In this document: piece by piece, positions 8,691 through 15,844 of the stretch
Numbering within the stretch: the stretch's first letter is position 1
How the letters are laid out: each line of letters begins with the position of its first letter
Assembly (NCBI GenBank): GCA_030665765.1
Contig: DAOUZE010000001.1
Span: forward strand, 1-56,619
Length of the DNA stretch: 56,619 nt
Direction of reading: 5' to 3'
DNA from: Filomicrobium sp.
Lineage (GTDB): Bacteria; Pseudomonadota; Alphaproteobacteria; Rhizobiales; Hyphomicrobiaceae
Position numbers and translations under genes: made by a program
Notes under the pieces: model-generated
Databases searched by the model: none
The model's input: only the letters and a program-made list of their open reading frames with translations
What the model was told of the DNA's origin: nothing

Positions 8691-9331
8691 AGACCGAACC
8701 CGACGAAGCCGACCTCCGTCAGCTCGCGATCGGCGATGTCGTCTACCTTGACGGTACAGTCTACACCGCCCGCGAAGGCGTCTACCATCGCGTCGTCGAA
8801 CAAAACGTGCCGTTGCCGCTCGACCTTCCAGCAGAAAGCGGCGCCAACTTCCACTGTTCGCCCGCCGCTGCCATCACCGACGAGGGCGAGTTCAGAATGG
8901 GCGCGGTAACGGCGACCGCCTCGTTTCGGTTCTCCAAATGGATCGGCCAATGGCTTGAAAAATCGGGTGCCAAGCTGATCCTCGGCAAGGGTGGCATGAG
9001 TTCAAAGGACTACCGCGAGCACTTCGTTCCACATGGTGCAATCTACCTGACCACCGTCGGTTACGGGACCGGGGCTTTGCTGGGTCGCGGGGTAAGACGC
9101 GTCAAGAATGTCCATTGGCGCGAGGAACTCGGCCTGGCGCAAGCTATGTGGGTCATCGAGGTCGAGAACTTCGGACCGTTCATCGTTGAGAGCGACCTTG
9201 ACGGTAACAGCCTCTTTGACCGTGAGAACGCCAAGATCTCCGAAGGCCTTTCAAAGGTCTACGAGGGAACCAAACCGGCCGTCCTCAAACGCTTCGGCGA
9301 AACCGACGACCGTAGTGACGAGCTCATTTGA
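8654..9331 (+). CDS. Class I fumarate hydratase / tartrate dehydratase-like beta subunit
   Basis: L.IGDVVYLDG.VYTARE, ILGKGGM, ELGLAQAMW.IEVENFGPFIV..D..GNSLF. Confidence 0.85.
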   Translation: MASNSAFKKVRLKTEPDEADLRQLAIGDVVYLDGTVYTAREGVYHRVVEQNVPLPLDLPAESGANFHCSPAAAITDEGEFRMGAVTATASFRFSKWIGQWLEKSGAKLILGKGGMSSKDYREHFVPHGAIYLTTVGYGTGALLGRGVRRVKNVHWREELGLAQAMWVIEVENFGPFIVESDLDGNSLFDRENAKISEGLSKVYEGTKPAVLKRFGETDDRSDELI

Positions 9332-9361
9332 GCATGTGTGCATTTGGAAAGTGAAAGCGAC

Positions 9362-10072
9362 ATGAGCACAGCCATATGGGCGATCATCTATGATTTAAAA
9401 ACGGACGGTAAAGACGACTATCTGAGATGGTTCCATAAGGTCCACATCCCTGAGAAATTGGCACGGCTCGGATATGAATGGGCAGGGCATTATCAGGTCC
9501 TGTCGCAAGTCGGCCAGCCGGCTTCGTCGCAAGGCTGTGATGGTGCAGACGGCTGCACAGGTTATGTAGCTTTGTTCGGCGGCAGCGACACAAGTGTGTT
9601 TTTGAATCCGTCCCCCGCACAGCTCAAGTCCCGTCAAACACAAGAAACAAAAGAAATGATAGGACGACGCATCGCCTCACGAAGCTTCATCGCGACCACC
9701 GAGTGGTGCTACGAGGTGGAGAAGAATGCGCCCCAACACGCGCACACCGCAATCCTCCTAATGGGCTGCGACGTCGGCCCGAATGACGAGGACTTTGGTG
9801 CTTGGTGCGTCCAGGAATTCAAGTCACGCTTGATCATTGCCGGGTTCCAGTCAGGGTGCAAGTTGCTATCAGCCTGCGGGACGGTGCGACACGCTATTCT
9901 GGCCGGTTTCTCGTCGATTGATGTCTGTCTTGAATTCAGTCAAGAGCCGACGCAAAGCGAATGGTCGGAGCGTGTTCATGGCTACACTTCACACATGCCA
10001 GGTTCCCCCATCAGTGCGCAGCGAATCTGGCCCGCTATGGAGACAACGGGCTTGCCTCATCCCGAGATCTAG
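9362..10072 (+). CDS. Hypothetical protein, EthD-like dimeric alpha-beta barrel (two repeats)
   Basis: YLRWFHKVHIPEKLAR.GY and DEDFGAW...EF motifs resemble EthD-like repeats; lies directly after the hydro-lyase genes. Confidence 0.55.
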   Translation: MSTAIWAIIYDLKTDGKDDYLRWFHKVHIPEKLARLGYEWAGHYQVLSQVGQPASSQGCDGADGCTGYVALFGGSDTSVFLNPSPAQLKSRQTQETKEMIGRRIASRSFIATTEWCYEVEKNAPQHAHTAILLMGCDVGPNDEDFGAWCVQEFKSRLIIAGFQSGCKLLSACGTVRHAILAGFSSIDVCLEFSQEPTQSEWSERVHGYTSHMPGSPISAQRIWPAMETTGLPHPEI

Positions 10073-10235
10073 TGTCGACATTGACGTGTGAACGGAACTT
10101 GATGATCAAAGGTAATCACGGCCACGGTAACCCCTTACCCAAAAGGGTAACGGTCAAAGAGTACCAACATCAGCCGCAAACAACGGCGGCGCATGCATTT
10201 TCCTTCTGTGCGGAAAACTTCTAGAGGCAACGAGT

Positions 10236-10934
10236 TTGTTTGCAGCATTGACGTACTTCGACATCTTCGCCATCGCGTGGTTCGCACTTTGCTATTTCGG
10301 TTACGACTGGGCGGTCCGGTATGGGCCGCTCAAGGACCGCAAGGGTCTGGTTGCGGCTATTCAAGAACGCCGGCAGCAGTGGATGCAGTCCGCTGCCCGG
10401 CGCGATGTCCGCATTATGGATTCACAACTTCTGATGAATCTATCTTCCGGCAACGCCTTTTTTGCATCGACAACGGTGATTGTGCTCGGCGGGCTAACCG
10501 CCATGCTTGGAGCTGCCGATAACGTCAAGAACCGGCTGGAACAATTTCCATACGTCGTCGACGTTCCACTTGTCGTCTGGGAGTTCAAAATAATCTTCCT
10601 GATGGCTCTCGTCATTCGGGCGTTTTTTAAGTTCGCTTGGGCATTCAGACTGACCCACTACCTCGGCACGATGCTTGGAGCGATGCCGCGGTGGGAAGCG
10701 AACACCGCAGTACAGTGTGAGAAGCATGCCGCAAAGACTGCGCAGCTAGCAGGAATCACAGCAATGCACTCCAACGATGGGCTCAGAACCGTCTACTTCG
10801 CCATCGCCGGGCTCGGCTGGTTCCTGCACTCGCTTGTTTTCATAATAGGATGCGCGTGGGTTCTAGCGATCGTCTATCGTCGCGAGTACGCATCACGGGC
10901 GCTCATGGCCATCGAAGACAATGACGAGGAGTGA
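10236..10934 (+). CDS. DUF599 family membrane protein
   Basis: R.QWM...RDVRI.D...FFASTT, FFKFAWAFR, N.GLR..YF; TTG start uncertain. Confidence 0.8.
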   Translation: MFAALTYFDIFAIAWFALCYFGYDWAVRYGPLKDRKGLVAAIQERRQQWMQSAARRDVRIMDSQLLMNLSSGNAFFASTTVIVLGGLTAMLGAADNVKNRLEQFPYVVDVPLVVWEFKIIFLMALVIRAFFKFAWAFRLTHYLGTMLGAMPRWEANTAVQCEKHAAKTAQLAGITAMHSNDGLRTVYFAIAGLGWFLHSLVFIIGCAWVLAIVYRREYASRALMAIEDNDEE

Positions 10935-10998
10935 TTGAGCTATGGGGATGATCAAACGCTTTCCGGGTAGCCTCTGAGAAAATTAAAAGGAGTTCCAA

Positions 10999-11628
10999 AT
11001 GTTGAAAGTCTGGGGGCGCGCGAACAGCTCCAACGTTGCCAAGGTGACGTGGTGCATTGGCGAACTGGAATTGGAATCCGAAAGGATCGATTGGGGAGGT
11101 CGTTTCGGCGGTAATGATGATCCGGATTACCGCGACCGCAATCCGACCGGCCGTGTCCCGACAATCGAAGAAGACGGAGAATTCAGCCTTTGGGAATCCG
11201 GTGCGATTGTCAGATACCTCTGCGCCAAGCACAGTCCGGGCGGGTTGTGTCCAAGTGATCTTCGAGTGCGCGCGGAGGCGGAAAAATGGATGGATTGGAG
11301 TGCGATCTCCCTGCACCCGTTCAATCCGGCATTCGTCGCCAACATGTTTGTTCTTCCACCCGAGAAGCGCGACGCCGAAGCCATCGTAACGGCAGTGAAG
11401 AACGCGGCCCCCCTGTTTGGCATCTTGGATCACCATCTATCCAGCCGAGCCTTTATTTGCGGCGACCAATTCACCATGGCCGACATTCCCGCCGGCACAC
11501 TGACGCATCGCTGGATCGCTTACGCACCCGAGCGACCACAGCATCCCAATCTCGAAGCCTGGTATGAGAGGTTGAAGCAGCGTCCCGCGTATGTGGAGCA
11601 CGTCTGCTCCATTACGCCCGGCCGCTAG
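10999..11628 (+). CDS. Glutathione S-transferase (GstB-like)
   Basis: MLKVWGR.NSSNV.KV, NPTGRVPTI, LWESGAIVRYL, FTMADI; RBS AGGAG. Confidence 0.92.
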   Translation: MLKVWGRANSSNVAKVTWCIGELELESERIDWGGRFGGNDDPDYRDRNPTGRVPTIEEDGEFSLWESGAIVRYLCAKHSPGGLCPSDLRVRAEAEKWMDWSAISLHPFNPAFVANMFVLPPEKRDAEAIVTAVKNAAPLFGILDHHLSSRAFICGDQFTMADIPAGTLTHRWIAYAPERPQHPNLEAWYERLKQRPAYVEHVCSITPGR

Positions 11629-11768
11629 GTCAACCGGCCGCCGAACCATTGAGCCTTCGCGCAGTGTTCCTATTCGGATCCGAGCGGATGACCCGCCAGC
11701 ACCTTTGTTCAGGGCTTGCGGATCCAAAGACAGAATCGCCGCGCGCATCCAGAATTCAAGCAGAGAGT

Positions 11769-12608
11769 CTATTTAAGATTGAAGCCTTTGCTTCTGACAA
11801 AATCGCCGAAGTCGAGACGTTCAGGCTCGCTATATTGGCGCGCCTTGTCTTCGGACCAACCGTACTGATCGGTTGTTCCAAGCTTCTCTGACAAACGCTG
11901 CTGCGCATATGGTTGTACGGAAATCCTCATCGCGTCATAGGAGTCGATTGCCTCGGAGGTTTCCGTATCGCAGTATCGATCCTCGTGAACCGTCAGGCGG
12001 AGCGGAAGCCTCATGCTGATACTGGGCTTTTCTTCCGGGAACCCCACGGCCAACCCGGCAACGGGAAAGACATAGTCCGGCAACTCAAGTAGCGCACTGA
12101 CGTCCTTGGCTTGATTGCGTACCGCACTGATAGGGCAGCAGCCCAGACCGATGGCTTCCGAGGCGGTAACGAACGCGGAAAGTGCAATACCCGCATCAAC
12201 GGCAGCATTAAAGAACGCATCCAGATGATCATTTGCAAAAGCGTGTCCGCGCCATTTGTGGAGTTGCCTTTGGCGTCGGTTGTTTCCGCAGAAAACGAGC
12301 AACACCGGCGCGGCTTTCACCCACGCCTGGTCCGAAACAAGATCAACAAGGCGCGTCTTTCGTTCTGGGTCGTTGACGACGATGATGTCCCGTTGCTGCA
12401 GGTCACTCTTGGAGGGTGAAGCAAGCGCTATGGCGCAAAGCATTTTGACTAATTCGGCGCCTACGGGCTGTGCTTTGAAGCGGCGGCAAGATCCACGTCT
12501 GGCCATGGAAGCCAACAGATCAATGGCATCTGTCGCAGCAATTTCCGGAATAACTTCCCCGAAACGTCGTTCCAGGTCATCTCTGATCTGTTTCGCCGAA
12601 GCTGGCAT
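11769..12608 (-). CDS. Nitroreductase / NAD(P)H-flavin oxidoreductase (NfsA/Frp-like)
   Basis: RGSCRRFK, ASPSKSDLQQ, AAVDAGIA, GLGCCPISAVRN, RLP...VHED.Y. Confidence 0.85.
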   Translation of the reverse strand: MPASAKQIRDDLERRFGEVIPEIAATDAIDLLASMARRGSCRRFKAQPVGAELVKMLCAIALASPSKSDLQQRDIIVVNDPERKTRLVDLVSDQAWVKAAPVLLVFCGNNRRQRQLHKWRGHAFANDHLDAFFNAAVDAGIALSAFVTASEAIGLGCCPISAVRNQAKDVSALLELPDYVFPVAGLAVGFPEEKPSISMRLPLRLTVHEDRYCDTETSEAIDSYDAMRISVQPYAQQRLSEKLGTTDQYGWSEDKARQYSEPERLDFGDFVRSKGFNLK

Positions 12609-12748
12609 GGATGTCTCCCTCCGGATCCGGACACGCCGTCATGGGGCGTGGTCGGAGCGAGCACACAGTTACCAATACGCCATCAGCCGACACTTGGGCC
12701 GGAAGCGTTGACGTTGCAAGGCAGGAAGGCTCGCAAAGAGGCATTTAA

Positions 12749-13078
12749 TCACACAATCGGTGCACCGTAACCGTAGCTGTAGGGGACCGGTCCAGAGAAC
12801 GCGACGACATCGCCGTCTTCCAGAGCTGCTTCCTCGTTCACTACGCCACCCTGGTATACGCCCGGCGTGATATCGCGGCCGTTTCGCAAGACCAGGTAAA
12901 TTTCACTCAGCGGTAGGTCGAACATCTTGATGAGATCGCCAACACTGGCACCCGCCGGCACCTCAACTTGTCGGGTCAGTCCCGAGTGGCCGCTGTATTT
13001 CGCCAGACTGTTAAAGAAACGCGCTTCGATACTAAGGATGATGCCGCGACTATTATGTCCAATTCCCGCACTGCTCAT
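12749..13078 (-). CDS. MoaD/ThiS-like beta-grasp protein without a C-terminal GG
   Basis: ARFFNSL, VEVPAGASVGDLI, LVLRNGR, LEDGDVVAF; ends SGPVPYSYGYGAPIV; RBS AGGAG. Confidence 0.75.
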   Translation of the reverse strand: MSSAGIGHNSRGIILSIEARFFNSLAKYSGHSGLTRQVEVPAGASVGDLIKMFDLPLSEIYLVLRNGRDITPGVYQGGVVNEEAALEDGDVVAFSGPVPYSYGYGAPIV

Positions 13079-13132
13079 ATGGCTGCTCCTATTCCAATGC
13101 CGCGGATACTATGCGCGCGCGCGCCTTATTCC

Positions 13133-13146
13133 TTGACTTTGGTGAA
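13133..13146. promoter_or_regulatory. NnrR/Dnr/FNR-type box TTGAC-TTTG-GTGAA upstream of the MoaD-like gene
   Basis: Its reverse complement TTCACCAAAGTCAA differs by 1 nt from the box at 24957; centre about 61 nt before ATG 13078. Confidence 0.6.
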
Positions 13147-13397
13147 GCAGCGGTCGGTTCGGCGGCGTTAGATTGCGCCGTTAACACACGTCGGCACCGC
13201 CGACCTTCAAAAGCATGCCGGCATTCCCGAGTTGCACGCAGACGCTTGGGAATGAACAAGAGAGACGTGTTCGCCTTTCGCGACCCGATTGACTATGATA
13301 GCGTCTCCGCAAGTTTTACCCGACGATACTGGCCGGTGCATGCGATGCAGGCATCGAAGCGGCATCGACATGACGAAGTTGGACTGGGAGACTTGCC

Positions 13398-14105
13398 GTG
13401 CTGGAAGGAAGCGATCTTGCCATAGCGAGAGAAGCTGTACTTTTCGCAAGCCTTCCTGATGAGCTTGCGGATACGATTTTGCAGCGCGCGACGACAAGAT
13501 CTTACCGGCGCGGCGAAACGGTCTTCTTGCAGGGCGATCCGCCGGAGAGTATCTTCGTCGTCCTCGACGGTTGGATAAAACTCTTCAGGATCACCTCCAC
13601 CGGTGCGGAGGCAGTCGTCGGTGTGTTCACAAAAGGCCGCAGTTTTGGAGAGGCTGTCGCGTTTGCCGGAGGCGCATATCCGGTTTCCGCGGAGGTCGTG
13701 ACCGACAGCCGGTTGCTACACGTTCGCGCCAGCATCCTGTCAACGATGATGCGTGACCGCCCCGAAATCGCAACTGCCATTCTTGCCTCGGCGTTTCGGC
13801 ACCTGCACGGGCTTGTGGCGCAACTCGAACAGCTCAAGGCGCATACCGGGGCGCAACGTGTCGCGGAGTTTCTCCTTGAGTTGTGTCTGCGCGAAAAGGG
13901 CTCGTGCACGATCACGTTGCCTTATGATAAGACGCTGATCGCCGGACGCCTTGGCATGCAGCCGCAGAGCCTCTCCCGCGCCTTTAATCGGCTCGAAACG
14001 CAGGGTGTCAAGATTTCTCACAACCAGGCGACGATAGCAGACGTGGAACGATTGCGCGAATACATGCTCCAAGATCGAAGCGCCCCGTGGAGGAAGGCTG
14101 AATGA
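13398..14105 (+). CDS. Crp/Fnr-family NO-responsive regulator (NnrR/Dnr type)
   Basis: cNMP-like domain (GWIKLFR, SFGEA, YPVSAE), LPYDK.LIAGRLGMQPQSLSRAF HTH, no FNR N-terminal Cys cluster; adjacent to nor genes. Confidence 0.85.
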   Translation: MLEGSDLAIAREAVLFASLPDELADTILQRATTRSYRRGETVFLQGDPPESIFVVLDGWIKLFRITSTGAEAVVGVFTKGRSFGEAVAFAGGAYPVSAEVVTDSRLLHVRASILSTMMRDRPEIATAILASAFRHLHGLVAQLEQLKAHTGAQRVAEFLLELCLREKGSCTITLPYDKTLIAGRLGMQPQSLSRAFNRLETQGVKISHNQATIADVERLREYMLQDRSAPWRKAE

Positions 14106-14686
14106 GCGCGCCTTCGCGGTTGCAAGCCGTATTGGCCCGTATCGATAAAGCCAATTCACAGGACCCGAAAACAGAGCCGACACCAGGTGGTGCGGAACCC
14201 GCCGCGCTACTCTACGGGAGGCGGATGTCGGCGGTACTGGCAGAATTCTCACCGGGAGCATCGGAGCACGCGCAGATCGCTGTCCGAGGTCAGCATATCG
14301 AAAGGTGGAAACGGCCACGCAATGATTTTGCGGAAGGACGGTCTGGGTATCTTGAATGGCGTCTCGAGGCGGCCCGGTATCATGCAAGTCGCGTCAGTGA
14401 GCTGATGAAGCTCGAGGGCTACGAAGAGCCGGCCTGCGAGCGCGTCACAGCGCTAATCCGCAAGCAACGGATCAAGCACGACGAGGAAGCGCAGACACTG
14501 GAAGATGTGGCTTGTCTCGTTTTTATGCGCTGGTACTTCGAACCATTCGCAACGAGCCGCACACCCGAGGAGCTCTACCGGATCGTTCAAAAGACAGCAC
14601 GCAAGATGTCTGCTGCCGGCCGAACGGCCGCATTGAAACTACCGTTGCCTGCTGAGCTCGTGCCAGCGATCAAAGCCGCCGGGTGA
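14102..14686 (+). CDS. DUF4202 family protein
   Basis: ID.ANSQDP, YGRRMS, RGQHIERW..PR..F.EGR.GYL.WR, QTLEDVACLVF, KT.RKMS; overlaps the regulator stop. Confidence 0.8.
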   Translation: MSAPSRLQAVLARIDKANSQDPKTEPTPGGAEPAALLYGRRMSAVLAEFSPGASEHAQIAVRGQHIERWKRPRNDFAEGRSGYLEWRLEAARYHASRVSELMKLEGYEEPACERVTALIRKQRIKHDEEAQTLEDVACLVFMRWYFEPFATSRTPEELYRIVQKTARKMSAAGRTAALKLPLPAELVPAIKAAG

Positions 14687-14694
14687 ACGGCCGA

Positions 14695-14940
14695 TCAGCG
14701 ATCTTCACGAATGCCATCATGGATTTGTCGGGCAAGCCAGATTGCCGGAAGAACTCCAATCACCGCACCGACGATACCAGCGGCGATCAAGCCGGAAACC
14801 CCGAACGGCGCCATGGCGGGTATTGCCAAAGCTATGAACGCCCCGTTGATCCCGAACGCGGAGCCCATCAGCGCATAGCAGAAGAGTAAAAGCCACAGCG
14901 GCGTGCGGTGCTTGTCTGGTGCATCACTGGTCATGTCCAT
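14695..14940 (-). CDS. Small membrane protein at the end of the nor operon (possibly NnrT-like)
   Basis: 81 aa, two hydrophobic segments, 3 nt downstream of the norF-like gene. Confidence 0.55.
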   Translation of the reverse strand: MDMTSDAPDKHRTPLWLLLFCYALMGSAFGINGAFIALAIPAMAPFGVSGLIAAGIVGAVIGVLPAIWLARQIHDGIREDR

Positions 14941-14943
14941 CTT

Positions 14944-15213
14944 TCAATACTCAGTTGCGAACGCGAAGACAGCGAAGCTCAAAAGCAGGAAGGACCCGAT
15001 CGCCATGTCGAAAGACCGGAGCCAGAAACGCGAATTCCGAAGCTGAAGATAGCGGCTGAGGATAACCCGTGCCTTGATCCCAGCCAGTAACAAGACAAAA
15101 CCGGCGATAATGATCCCGCCTCGCCCCGATACCTCCATCATGCTCAGCACGGTTGTTGCAGCGCTCAAGCCGACAAGCACGGCCCATGCCTCGATTAATG
15201 CTTTGGCGTGCAT
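14944..15213 (-). CDS. norF: Nitric oxide reductase F protein (COX subunit IV-like)
   Basis: AW.VLV.LS, KARVILSRYL.L; three TM segments; follows norE. Confidence 0.75.
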   Translation of the reverse strand: MHAKALIEAWAVLVGLSAATTVLSMMEVSGRGGIIIAGFVLLLAGIKARVILSRYLQLRNSRFWLRSFDMAIGSFLLLSFAVFAFATEY

Positions 15214-15217
15214 GTCA

Positions 15218-15844
15218 TCACCTCAAAAGATAGATGATCGGGAAGAGCAGAACCCAAACCAGATCGACCATGTGCCAGAAGGCCACCCCCGTCTCCATGT
15301 TTCGCAAGCTGTCGGCCCAGGCCACCAGCGAGAGGATGACGATTCCGGCCACTACATGCGCGGCATGAAAGCCGGTGATGAGGTAGTAGAACGTGAAAAA
15401 CGGACTCGTCTCGATGTCGATCCCCGCTGTCGCCTTGCTCCAGTATTCGAGCCCCTTCACGAATAGGAAGACGGCCCCCAAAACACCTGCTGCGGCGAGC
15501 CATCCTCGTGCCGTCGTTCGCTTATTGATTTCGCGTGCGCGGACGGCGAGCGCCGCGCACAGACCGCTTGTTACAAGCACGATGGTGTTGACCGCACCTG
15601 CCGTGCGGTTGAGCAGCGCCTGATCGGCGGCAAATCCCGCCGGATCGGTCGTCCGGACCGCAAGAAACGCGATTAGGGCGGCCCCGAAAACCAAGAGCTC
15701 GCTGACAATCAACACCCACATCATCAGATCGCCTGGCAGCTCGCCGAGCACGCCCCAGCCGTCGCGGGCTTGCTGAGTGGTGTGGGCTTTCTGATGGTCG
15801 CTATCGTTCTTATCGGCTGGTAATCGATCCAAAACGTTGCTCAT
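15218..15844 (-). CDS. norE: Nitric oxide reductase E protein (COX subunit III-like)
   Basis: LPGDLMMWVLI.SEL..F, NT.VL.TSG, FYY.ITGFHAAHV, FWHMVDLVW. Confidence 0.9.
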   Translation of the reverse strand: MSNVLDRLPADKNDSDHQKAHTTQQARDGWGVLGELPGDLMMWVLIVSELLVFGAALIAFLAVRTTDPAGFAADQALLNRTAGAVNTIVLVTSGLCAALAVRAREINKRTTARGWLAAAGVLGAVFLFVKGLEYWSKATAGIDIETSPFFTFYYLITGFHAAHVVAGIVILSLVAWADSLRNMETGVAFWHMVDLVWVLLFPIIYLLR

